A stretch of 63,269 bases of DNA, filler included, from Octopus bimaculoides (taxonomy: Eukaryota), in NCBI RefSeq assembly GCF_001194135.2. It is 5 parts of 5 records of this genome, joined end to end, with 100 filler letters (N's around TTAATTAATTAA, not from the genome) between each part and the next. Parts side by side here need not be neighbours in the genome. Positions count along the whole stretch, not along the records: positions 41,825 to 61,022 come from NC_068984.1; positions 61,123 to 63,269 come from NW_026427868.1; 3 more parts are not named here. One strand, given 5' to 3'. Below, piece after piece: positions 49,332 to 61,374 of the stretch. The first letter of the stretch is position 1. Each line of letters opens with the position of its first letter. The position numbers and the translations under genes are program-made. The notes under the pieces were generated by a model. It had not been told where the DNA came from and did no database searches. It saw nothing but the letters and a program-made list of their open reading frames with translations.

Positions 49332-50374
49332 TTAGGTTGTTTCACATGAAATGGTGCATTTCTAATTACTTGTTATTTCAGTCATTTAAAAACTCAATTA
49401 TGTCTACATTGCATTTAATCTTGACTATTTTTCTTTCTCAACAATATTGATATACAAAATTCGTACCCATAGACCTTATGAAAATGATAGCAACCAGACT
49501 ATGTTGAGTGATTTTCTCGTATGAGTACAAACTGGGTCACTCTGCCGCAGGAGCTCTACGGAATATTAAGCGGGCCTTTGGTAATGGTTTTGTTGACATT
49601 AGAACTGTTCAAAGATGGTTCCAAAGTTCTCGTTCAGATGATAGCCTTGAAAATAAAGCAATGGGTAGGCCAAAATCAGTTATTCGGCATGATGGATTAA
49701 ATGCTTTGGTTGAACAAAATCCGGGAACAAAGGTTCGAAAACTCTTTGACAATAGCAGGAGAACAGGAAAGTTATTAGATGCAGAAGAGTCACCTAAACA
49801 CTACCCAAACCCACCATTGCACCCTAAAAAGTTAGTGGTCACTGTATGGTAGTCTGCGAAGGGAGTTATTCATTAATCATTTTTGCAGCAAGGAAAAACG
49901 GTAACAGTAACATCGTATTGCCAGGAAATTGATTGAATGCACGAGAATTTGAAAAAGAAGCAACCCAGACTAGTTAAAAGAGCTGGCCCAATTTTGCTCC
50001 ACGACAATGCACGTCCTCACACTCCTCAAGCTACGGTCCAAAAATTGCAAAGCCTGAATTATGAGATTTTGCAACATCCTCCCTATTTCCCTGATATCTC
50101 TCCTACTCATCAACACTTATTTAAGCATTTTGAGCTTTTCATAATGAATAAAACATTCTTCAATAGAGAAGAGGTAATTGAAGCATTCGGACAGTTTATC
50201 ACAGGAAATTATTAATTTTTTTTTTAAAGATGGAATATACGACATAGAGAAACGTTGGGTAAACATCATAAATGAACATGGATCATACTTTGGATAAATA
50301 AATCAGTTCTCTAACACTTCTGAAGCATTTTATTGTTACCTTTCAAATACGACATTTCATGTGAAACAACCTAA
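49332..50374 (+). mobile_element. Mariner transposon, internally deleted and decayed, with intact TIRs and TA target duplication
   Basis: 22-bp perfect TIRs TTAGGTTGTTTCACATGAAATG flanked by TA (49330-31, 50375-76). Motifs YEYKLGHSAA..RTVQRWF, HPKKLVVTVW, LLHDNARPH and HPPYFPDISP. WVPHEL region missing. Confidence 0.93.
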
Positions 50375-52439
50375 TAAATAAAATGACGAAAACCTTTATT
50401 ATTGGAAACGTCTCTGTATATTACCCTGAAGAGAAAGTCAAATGTATGTAGAATGTGTGGGGTTCTAGAAAACCTTATTCTAAACTTTCGTATGCAAGAG
50501 TACAAGAGTGAAAGAAGAAGAATCACGAAGAATAGGGGAAACTGTGGAACTCCGCGGTGTTCCTTTTTCTAAACGCTCGCATCAGAAGCCCATACAGGAA
50601 CTTTTTGGCATTTAAAAAATGCATAATTGTAGAGCTAACACATACAAAAAAAGACATGAAACCTCACCAAAATTTCTCCTGAAACTTTAAAAATATACTT
50701 TGCTGCATTTATCTCTAATATAGAAGACTATCCATCTGCAAAAAGAAAAAAATTCCTATGAAAGAAGAGTACACTTGAATCGATCCGTTGATCCGCCAGT
50801 TTCGTATACCGAAAAACCCAACGAATAACATTTCAAGCTTAGTCATAGACTGAGATGAATATAAAACAAATGAACAAGATTCAACACCCAAGGCAATACT
50901 CCAGCATGGCTCCGTCTGTGGCGGCTAAAACAAAGTAAAGAATGCAAAGAACATGTCACAAGAATATTACACCTAAGGTGTTTTCCTTCACTTAACGAAA
51001 ACACAAATTCATTCATCGCTAAGTAATTCACGTTGGAGACGACATATATTACTCTGTTAGATTTGTGCCACACACTGCAAAACAACGAGGTTGTTGCATT
51101 TTAAACACTCCTCAAAACTGCTGAAGCAGTAAACTATCCTCCTGACTTGCCACCTATTTACAATTATGTGGATTGGACCATTTCAGTTTATCATAAGCCA
51201 TCAGCATAAACAGTTTTTTTCAATGACTTCATTAAAATTACCATCCACATTATATGTGTGTATAAATGTATGTGTGTATATATATATTTATGTATACATA
51301 TATATATATGATGTATATATATATATATATATATGTGTGTGTACATATATATGATGTATATATGTGTGTGTGTGTACATATATATATATATATATATATA
51401 NNNNNNNNNNNNNNNNNNNNNNNNNNNNNNNNNNNNNNNNNNNNNNNNNNNNNNNNNNNNNNNNNNNNNNNNNNNNNNNNNNNNNNNNNTACACATATAT
51501 ATAATGTACATAGATATCTTTATAATGTACATATATATATATATATATATACATGCACACTGTTATTTTGTTTCTTTACTCTAGCTTCCATTCGAAGTAT
51601 AATTTCCAACAATGAGCCATTAAGAGCAATATCAGCTGTTAATGTTTCATTTCATTTATAGTTCTGCATTCGTCATTCTATAAACGATCATTTATACGAG
51701 AGACAAGCATTAACAGAGGCGGCTATTTGTTTGAATTGAGTCAATATTTATAAACATAACAAATGTATGATAGTTTTTAATTTCCTATTGATTTTTCACT
51801 TCGCTGTAGTTTTACGAATTCCTTAACGCTTTGTTGAGGTGGTTAGATTATGAGTTGGTTTCAAATTTTCTACATTATTTGTTTGTGTATCTATTTTATT
51901 TGTTATTGGATTTTGTTGGAGATTTTTAAGAATTACGAAGAAGAGACAAGACAAACAGATACATACACTTCTACCAACTTTGACACACACTCACATACAC
52001 ATATATGAAAAGATTTTTTATTTTTAATGTCCAAAGAATGTAGTAGTGATTTGTCGGCAAAAATAATTTAGTAAATTTTGATAAGCCTGTATGACGTTGG
52101 GAGACGAGAAACCTGACGTTGTGTGTGAAAGTCTTTGTTTGAGAAACATATTTGCAAAATGTTTGATATAGCTCTGAGAATATTATACATTAGGAGAAAG
52201 ATGTAAGGCAGGAGAGTGTTGTTCTCCATCCCTTTTTTTTTCTAACGCATTCATCTCCTAAGAGAAAGTAACTCGGTAAGCTTAAGTAATTCCCTATATG
52301 TACGAAAATCTGTAGTTGAACTCAGCCATTCGATAAATAGATATGGATAGAATAGTTACAGGACTTTTACTGGACGTTGATTTAAGTAACTTGAAGTGTT
52401 TTTGAAGGTTACGTCCCAGAATGACAATAGTCCATTGAC

Positions 52440-52990
52440 TAGAACTGCAGGAGCTACTTAAAGATATTGCAAGCTTTTCTGATGGTAACTAAAGCCATCG
52501 CAATGTTGAAAAGCCGTTCTGTATCTTCTGTGGATATCTTAAGGTCACATCTGTTTCGCCTCTTAGCTTGTACACTTTGCATTAGTTGGGCAGCATGAAC
52601 TGAATTAGCCTTCGCTTACAGAGGGATTCTATCTGTGGTCGTTTGTCAGCCACAGCCAACTTGAACTCGTCTCAGCTACCATGGCTAACTTCTTGGTGGT
52701 TTACCTCAGTTGTTTGGGTTCCAAACCAATCTTCTACAGAAAACTGTGCACTGATCTTACTGGAAAACCGCAGCAACCGACTCCAATAGGGAATGAGGGT
52801 GGGACCAGGGATATTGTGCGCCCGACCATTATACTTTTTGCAAGTCTCTATCATATGGTTGTGATATTTTTCTTTGAATCTCATCTCCAGCGAATAGATG
52901 TGCAACATCAGGAGCTCGACTACTGCTGCTGGTACTTGATAGTACACCAGTACATTATGGCTTAGCTGGTGAGGCACACTTAGCTTAGGC
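52440..52990 (-). mobile_element. Possible RTE-type LINE 3' relic
   Basis: Minus-strand LAVADKRPQIESLCKR..VQAKRRNR..ACNI resembles the RTE ORF C-terminus. Weak. Confidence 0.3.
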
Positions 52991-53299
52991 CTTGACGAGA
53001 TATAATCATACAACAAAGGAGTGTGTTGTTGTTTTTGTTTGCCTCATTAATGATGTGGATGATTGCTTATATATGTTCAAGGCATACAGAGTAGTCTGGG
53101 ACTCCCCCCTTCGGGGGGGGGGGCACACCCGTGTCAATGATCTCATTGATAAGATGTGTTGTCAATCATTTTCAACGGTGGACTAAAAGATCTTCCTTTC
53201 GACATCTAACAGAGAGATCTGCCGGAAATGGTCAAGTCTTGCTGAGTTCTTTGCTTTAGGAACAAAACAACCCTCAATAAGTGTTGAGAGAGAGAGGGG

Positions 53300-53300
53300 G

Positions 53301-53386
<86 letters not shown>
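53300..53386. repeat. (GA)n microsatellite
   Basis: Seen directly. Confidence 0.95.
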
Positions 53387-53389
<3 letters not shown>

Positions 53390-54661
53390 AACAAACAGAC
53401 AGAGACCTCTTTTGAATTTAACGATACAACGTAACTCCCGAGTTTCACGTTTCTGAATTCTAATAATGCGTGAGTTGACTTTTCCTTCAATCTTGTTAGA
53501 TCGATAAAAAAACGACCAGCAACATAATTAGGTCAATTTAACTAAATATATTCACTTAGTTTTCAAAGTTAGCCTTCAGTCAAAAAAGTTCTGATGGTGA
53601 GAATAGAAGAGATAAACAGCGTATATTCAATGGATGAGCAATAGAGTTAATTCAATAGAATTAATTAGCAGTGATCGGCAATTCATCAGTAAGTCCATCT
53701 TATGGTGTATGCATGTTTAATATTTGCTTGAACTAGCGTTCGTTAATTGTGTGAAGATAAACATGTTTCTGTTATTCCTTAGGGTTAGGTTTTTCCTAAT
53801 AAAACAAACTTACCACCAAAAACGTTCCAGTTGTAAACATACCATATTTTTGTATATCATGGACAACTTTCTCCAATTTATGCTTCTTTATATAAGGCAG
53901 TAGAGCGTAATATGAGATGGGGTGGAATTTAACTCCTATTTTCTACTGATTGAGCAACAACATAGGTTAAATGAGTTGAAGCAATCAATTACCATAAACT
54001 AGCGTATTGATACTAATGTGGTTAATGCGCATAAATAAGGAATTTTATTAGAAACTTCAAAAGAAGCCTTTCTCTAAGTTATTTCCATGCTGCTTTCACA
54101 GGAATAAATATAAAGCAGTGATCCTAGAAACGGTATGATAACTGCTCACTCGTTGTAATGATGTCTCTTGCAAATAAATGATTTTCTCAAATATGGAAAC
54201 ATACATAGTTTTGATAGAATAATTGTCAGAATTTCTCGTAATATCTTCGCAGGAAATTATATATTCATGGAATATTTTCCTTCTAAGAATGCCATGAAGA
54301 GGTATTCAACCATGTTAAGCTGTCGAAGAAAAGAAAACCTCACAGAATCCGTTTGTAATATAAATTGATTATTGCAGAGACAAATTTTCCCAACCACAAA
54401 TTGACTGAAATTATTTAATTTGCATAATATCTATGATTAGTCAAAATAATATTTTTTTTACGGCCGTAAGTTAAAAATATTAGATGACATTCAATAACCG
54501 AAATCCATGAGACAGCTGACTACGTGTGACAACCATTGTGATTTCGTCCATAATGTAGGGTACAACCAAAGTGGCGGTTCCAGAGAAAAGGGAAGAAAAG
54601 GTTTATAAGATAAGTTCTTTCAACAAAATGTAAATAAAAGAGTCTAGGACGTTTATTCCCA

Positions 54662-54870
54662 TGGACAATAACCCCCCCCCAAGGACAATTACCCCTGAAG
54701 ACAACAGATGATGATTTAAAACTCCTTAATATATTGGAGAAGGGGTTATTAACCAAGGGAGTAATTGTCCTGGGGGGTAGTTGTTGTCAAGGGGAATTGT
54801 CCTATGAGGGGGTAATGTAATTGTCCTATGAGGGGGTAATTGTCCTATGAGGGGGTAATTGTCCTGATAC
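54662..54870. repeat. Inverted arrays of GGACAATTACCCC / GGGGTAATTGTCC (foldback/MULE-MITE-like)
   Basis: Two left-arm units and about 5 right-arm units in opposite orientation. The right arm includes 19-bp tandem TAATTGTCCTATGAGGGGG. Confidence 0.65.
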
Positions 54871-55011
54871 GAAATAGAAATATAGACAAAATGAAATCTA
54901 AGACAAAACTTATTAACAAAAACCATTTTTTTTCTCTATATCAATTTAGCGAATGTTTGTTTTCTACATATTTTCCTTCTCATTTTTAGACATTTGTCTT
55001 GTTTTCTTTGT

Positions 55012-55069
<58 letters not shown>

Positions 55070-55269
55070 TCACTCACTCACTCACTCATCTATCAATAGC
55101 AAAATAATAGTGATATTAATTCAATCATAACCAAACATTACTTCTCATTTAATGATGATTAACAGTTCGACTAAGGAAAACAGTTCTCAGCGTGGTGGCC
55201 ATCATAACTTGACCAGTTTTGTCTTTGTAATTACCAGGAACTTTGGAGATTATTTTGAAATCTTTCACT

Positions 55270-55790
55270 CCACGCCTTATGATATGACACTGGGGTGAAA
55301 TATACGAAGCCCAGTATACCCATCATGACGACCCGTCAGATAAGGGTACACCAGGCACATGCATCACAACCATGTGTGCGAGCATGGTGATCTTATATCA
55401 AGATAAACAGCGCCTGACCTTGCAAGTTAGAATTTTTTCTTCAGATAAAGTAGCTCATCCTGCTCAAAAGGTCCCTGAATAAGGGTTATTTACGCATGTT
55501 GAACGAAGCACCCATGTTTCCAGAGGTGAATTATTCAAACCCCAAAGAATTCCTCTCAACACATGGCTATGATGCTCCCCCACTACTTCTGCTCATGACC
55601 AGAGATGCACATATCGTCAGCCACCAAGGGACATGCTCAACTGGTTAAGGTCAAACAACTGACAAGCAAATCTGTGGTAATGAGCAGAATATTTGCTCTA
55701 GCCCATCTTTTATACCAAGACAAAACAATGTACATGATAATTAAGATCCGAAGCCATGAGAGTCACTGTCTGGTACTGCATCAGGGCATT
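55270..55790. repeat. Interspersed repeat, longer copy 2, abutting (ATT)n
   Basis: 55509-55662 matches 648-801. The flanks continue non-coding and end at TTTATTATTATT. Confidence 0.75.
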
Positions 55791-55809
55791 TATTATTATT
55801 AATATTATT

Positions 55810-56340
55810 CCTTCACGACACAGTCTACGTAAAAAATGCACCGGAATCTTTAGTCATCTGTCAAGTCACAGCAATGACCTCAGACAGATAATACTCTCCT
55901 TAAGAAGTGCACTGTGCCCAATAAGGCTGATTTTTGCATGGGATTTCCAGTTGCCTTAAGAAGTCTTGAAATCTCAATGGAATTGAGCCCAACGCTCCGA
56001 TCACCACTGGCATCACTTTTACATTACCCTCTCGCATTCCATACTGTCTTGCCATTTCTATTTTCAAATCAGAGTACTTGGTGATTTTTTCAACCTCTTT
56101 ACTCACAACATTCATATCATTTGGTATGGCTACATCAATGATCTGATAGTATTTGTCTCTTCTTCAATATGATAACATCCGGTCGACGGTGTTCGATTCC
56201 ACGATTCGTCTGAAAATCATAGTCCCAGAGTATCGTTATTTTCCCATCCTCCTGCATAACTTTACTTGGTACATGCTCGTACCAGTTCTCTGTTACTTAA
56301 TATTGGTATTTACGGCATAAGAGCCAATGAAGATACACTA
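55810..56340 (-). mobile_element. R4/Dong-like LINE 3' fragment (REL endonuclease)
   Basis: WYEHVP..ILWDYDF..RRPDVII..IIDVAIPND..EKITKYSDLK..PVVIGALG. 3' end at a TAA tract. Confidence 0.8.
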
Positions 56341-56363
56341 TTATTATTATCATTATTATTATT

Positions 56364-57260
56364 AATGCCTTTGCACAGCTTCTAACGCTGGAGATATACT
56401 AAGGTGTCAGATGTTCACTACCAGTGAACTAAGGTAACACATCATATTTTTCGAGCACCTTCCGGCGTATTCGAGCGGTTCCAAGCAGTGCTGTTTTCTG
56501 CAAGTGCTCCACCCTTATTGCAGCCCCTATTTGTTCCATGTACTTCTCAAGATTTTTGCTCACTGTTCCCAGGGCTCCGACAATTATTGGTACTACTACC
56601 ACCTTTTTCATCGACCACAAGTGCTTAACTTCCCAAGCTAACCTGTCATATCTCTCGACTTTTCTTTCTTCCTTATCGCATACCTTGTCAGCTGGGCATG
56701 CTATATCTATGATCCAGCATAGTTTGTTTTCTTTCTCAATTAAGACTATGTCCGGCTTCCTATTCTCTATCTCATATCTCATGGTCGCACTGAATCATAA
56801 AATCCCATAGGATCTTTACATTTCTATTTTCAACGATGCCTTCAGGTTTGTGGTCGTACCAATTTTTTGCTCTGTCAAGTCCATACTTTTTGCAAAGTGT
56901 CCAATGGACAAGCCTGGATATATTGTCGTGGCGTCTCTTATGTTCCTTCTGGGATAGTGGCGTACATTGGCTGGTAATATGCCATACAGTTTCACCGTTT
57001 TATCCACAGATTCTGCACTTATCACTTTCTGCAGTGTTGTCTATTCTGTATTTTATGAAGTTTGTTCTTAGTGCTTGCTCTTCAGCAGCACAGATTAGAG
57101 ACTCCGTTTCTGGTTTTAAATCACTTTTTGTCAGCCACAGCCATCTTTTTTCTGTTTGTGTAATCTTCAACATCTGTATGAAATTGGCCATGCATTCTTT
57201 TCTTTACCCACCTATTTTCAGTTTCATTCGTTTTCAATTTCTTGTATAGTGCTTTATCTT
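56364..57260 (-). mobile_element. Second R4/Dong-like LINE 3' fragment (CCHC + REL endonuclease + 3' UTR)
   Basis: LKPETESLICAAEEQAL..CRICG..ETVWHI..C..RRHD, KPDIVL..DIACP..PIIVGALG..LQKTALLGTARI. Ends at (TAA)n 56341-56363. Confidence 0.85.
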
Positions 57261-59359
57261 TGTAATCTTTCAGCCTACACTAGCCTGACCCACTTACTTC
57301 TAATAATGTGAATGGTATTGAGTTTCAATTGCCGCAAACAGACGGAAATATCGATTTCTGATATGTGTACGGATTTTGAGTGAGGATATAGTAGGCTACA
57401 TTAATCCCAGTAATTGACCAGTGTTATATTCTTCACTCATCTAACTCGAGAAGGATGAAAGAAAAAAAAAAAAGATTTTGGCAGGATTTGATCCGTGAAC
57501 GTAAAGTGCTGTAATTAAAAACCGCATGGCATTACATCCGACGTTCGACTGAGTTTGTCAATCGACCACTGTAGAACTGAAATATTAGCAACAAGGTTGT
57601 TGCTCCTGGGAAATGCAGTTCTTGAAAGGAAGGTGACGGGAAAGAGTTAAATGTAAACTTTGAAAGGCGTGATGCAGTAGGGGCGATAAGGAGCTGATGA
57701 ATGATGGCACTGTGTCAGCGTAGTTGTAGGGAGAGGTGGCTCGGTCAGTAAGTTTAGAAGCACTCAGGCTATCGTAGTGGGTATACGAGACAAATGGGAA
57801 ACATAACTTAACAAAAGGTCATTGTTTGGAATGTATTGGTAATAGTAAACAGCTTTCCTATTAGGCAGACGACCGTATCTTTTTGGTTTGCATACTGAAA
57901 ATGTATATATTTATATGCCTGTATGTGTTTTTGTATGAGTATTTACTTGTGGTTATCCCTGCATGCATTATATGTGTGATAATGCACAGTCCCGGTTATG
58001 TGATTAATATTAAATTGCAATTCAAATCATTCTTTATCGATGTCTTCTCCTCTGAGAGATGCAGTGTAACTAGCAGAGTTAACAATCAACTAAATTCTAT
58101 TGGTTCGTTTGTCTGTTTATAGCGGATGGTGAGTTTAAATCAAATTAGCCACTATGTTTCAATGTTTTGCAGTGAGTGGTAATTATAAACTTAATAAACG
58201 TCATTGTTTTTTGTGACTGTCATAATTCATTTTCTGGATATAATATCAATTATAGTAGTAGTAGTAGTAGTAGTGGTAGTGGTGGTGGTAGTAGTAGGGG
58301 GGCGTGATGGTCATTGTCGTGGTGGTAATAGTCGCTGTCGTCGTGGTTTTGAAGGTAGTATGAGGAAGAGGAGCTACTGTAATGCTGGTGGTGCTGATCT
58401 TCATAGCAGCAATAAGGAGTGAATAGTCTATAACGCTTGTATTATGGTGGCGATAGCATATCTAGTGATGGAACAGTTGATATTTGGAAACTGTTTAAAA
58501 CGACTTTGGCTCAATGATTTATGTGAGGCTGTAGCTGCAATCGATACATTTCATACCAGAACTCATATACATCATTAGAGTGTTTGTATTTTTTTTTTAA
58601 CGTAATAACACTTCTCCAAACTAAATCAAATAGTTTGCATCAGTTTAATTAGTTGGTAATAGTTTCACAGTATGTATAATTAATAGAGATAGAGAGATGC
58701 TGAAGATAACTGATGAAAATACTCTGGAAAACTAGATAGATAGAAATCATTCCGACTTCGACGCTGGTTAGTTAAATTAGTTGCTTCATGTCGGTAACCT
58801 GTTCATTAATTGTTAATTAGATGTTGTACAACCTGGACTGAATCCAAAAGTGACCATCCATCTGATAAATAGGCTTCATTTAGCAATAGTTCTTAGTCAA
58901 ATATCACTCATTAACTTGTGCTCCCGGTATCTTTCACCACAGCTGGGTTTTTTTGGGGTTTTTTTTTTAACCTCTGAACTGTGTGCATTTATTCCTCTCG
59001 CGCTTTCTTCGTCACTATTCCTTTGTTTCCCCCTAAGACTCGATACTCAAATCGTCAACTGCTTCAGCGCGAATACTTGATCCATCAACAACTGATCCGA
59101 AAAAAAAAAAAAATCAGAATTATTATCAATCGTATTAACTTTATCAGTTTTTATCATCCAATCAAGGGGAGTTTGGAAAGGCTGGTAGTAAGCTCACTCT
59201 TCAAAACGAAATTATAAAGCAGCATTGACTGACTGATTTATAATCGGTCAACAGTCAGTAAGAAACCAAATAGTTACTAACTAAATAGTGATGAAAACTA
59301 TTTAGCACCTCCAGTTAACTATAGTTTAGCTATTACATTTTTTCTTTTATTCACTGGAT

Positions 59360-59725
59360 TGCTCTCGAGAAAGTGGCTGCGTCCATTGTCGTCACAAGAC
59401 ATCCGAAACAGGAGAGACAGAGCAATGTGAATGATGTTCTTCTTAGCTTTAAGTCAGTGATTGCGGGTAAAATATGACTGAGGTAACATTTCAGAGAACT
59501 GATGTTTCGTGACGGAAGATCGAGTGAAAATGGTCGCTGTAGAGATGAAGCAGGGGTGAGGATGAGACATGATATAGGCAACGAGGGGTAGAAAGACAAA
59601 TGAATTCGATGGGTCTGTGTGGAAGTGGCACGAGACCAGCCAGCTGCGGGGAGTAAACACTAGTGCAGAAGCAATAGAAGAGTCGGAGCAAGATGGCCAT
59701 ATGTCAGCGGGTCAGAGATAATACG
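59360..59725 (-). mobile_element. CR1/L2/Jockey-group LINE 3' relic
   Basis: LLRLFYCF..SPQLAGLVPLPH..SIF..ETSVL resembles the RT C-terminal 'LFYRYF..CS.EL....FFPRT..LWN' segment. Confidence 0.45.
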
Positions 59726-60020
59726 TGTTGATGATGTGGTGAATGCGGGAGATTAGAAGTAAGACACCTACCTTCTCTTCGTCGAAGCAGACCTCTCCGG
59801 TGGTAACGTATCCTTCTACGTGACCCGACCCGAAACGCTAAAAATAGCAGCTGCTGTCCCTCACCTTGTCGAAGCGCTCACACGTTCAGCACTCTCGGCT
59901 ACCCCGATCGAAAAAAGGCCCAATCGTCTCCTGCCTGTGCGCGCATCACCTACGGGCCCTTCCTCTTCCGGTCAGCTCCCAAGTTCTGGTCCGCTCCCCA
60001 GCTGCTGACGTCATCTCACA
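59726..60020 (-). mobile_element. Gypsy 3' LTR (about 295 bp)
   Basis: On the minus strand it begins TGTGAG after purine-rich AGGGTGGCG, just downstream of the integrase tail, and ends ..CAACA. Confidence 0.55.
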
Positions 60021-61022
60021 CGCCACCCTGATCTTAAAGATCATGTCCACCCTACTCCATGTCGAAGTCCACCATCCAACTGGGCGGGTGCCTTGTGCGT
60101 CGAGATCTTCTCAAGTTAAGCACCTCGTTCTCCTTCTCTCCACAATCGTCATCCGACGAAGCGACAATCCTGGGAAGGTCCAAAACGTGTCGCGGCATTC
60201 CATCCACGGAGACAGTGTTTCTGGAATTTACCGCAGTCACCGTTCCTCTGATTCATTGAGACGTACAACGCGCCTTCGGAAGCTTAACCCAGACTTCCTC
60301 CCTTATTTTCACGCAGGCAGGTTCCTTCTCTTCCTCGTGACATTCCGGCGCTTTACTGGGATGCCTCCATTCGTATTTAAATACCGCTCTGTGTGGCACA
60401 GATTCTTAAGCTTGTCCGGATCGGGGAGACATGTTATACCAGAAAATTGCCCCCACCGGCGAAATGTGCCCTCTTTCCGCTATGACCTTGACTGTCCAAT
60501 GGTGCCTCTCTACGATTCCGTTACCGCTCGGCCTATACGCTGCTCTGAACAAGCGACGCACTTTCCACCGGTCGAGCATATACCTCAATGCTTCCGAACG
60601 AAACGCTGCCCCGTTGTCCATTAGCAGTTCTTCCACGAGACCCCTCTTTAAAAATATTCCGTTCAAAATCTGCGCAATCTTGTCAGCAATGCCCGTCCTC
60701 AACCTCCAAATGGCTATCCGGCCCCGCCCGCAGTCGACCATGGGGAGATACATTCCCTGACGGTAGTGCTCACATTCACAGCTAGTCTCTTCCAGTTGTG
60801 CTCCACCGAAAGGTTTCCCTGCTCATGCCCACACGGAGCAGGGTCAATGGACTGGCACTTGTCGCAGCTCCCGACCACTTTCCGGATGCTTCTCCTAGTG
60901 ACGTCAGCATCAATCATCTTCGCGAGATACAGGGTCCTGTCCACACCCAAGTGATGCATAGCATATAGTCTCTTCAGTTTGGAGTCATCCAACCGACACG
61001 CCGCAGCTATCCCTTTCTTTGC
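60021..61022 (-). mobile_element. Gypsy/Ty3 integrase (HHCC + DDE), frameshifted, cut by gap
   Basis: HHLGVDRT..CDKCQ zinc finger, ELLMDNGAAFRS, AAYRPSGNGIVERHH, tail RRSRRTRHPPSWMVDF. Confidence 0.88.
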
Positions 61023-61374
61023 NNNNNNNNNNNNNNNNNNNNNNNNNNNNNNNNNNNNNNNNNNNNTTAATTAATTAANNNNNNNNNNNNNNNNNNNNNN
61101 NNNNNNNNNNNNNNNNNNNNNNATTTCTGGTGGGGAGGCTTTAGTCTTGTGCAGCAATTAAAAATCCTTCAGACTCTGCTTTGAATCCTGAGCTTCTTAA
61201 CCATTGCTGGGATTTTTCTCTGTCTATTTCTTTTGCATTTAGTTTAGCCCATTATTTACCATGTAGGGGTTTTTCTTGCCATGGTTTTATCATGGTCCGT
61301 TGCTGTTCTAGTTTTAGTTTGGATTTCATTTGTTTTATAGCTTTTGAACTCTGGGAACATTTGTCTGGCCAGCG

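Noticed and set aside
51090-51190. YPPDLPPIYNY, resembling a Tc1/mariner SPDLxP motif
   Set aside because: A single short motif without TIRs or other transposase blocks is too weak to call.
59866-60624. 252-aa plus-strand ORF
   Set aside because: Antisense to the Gypsy integrase and LTR in GC-richer DNA, with no recognisable motifs.
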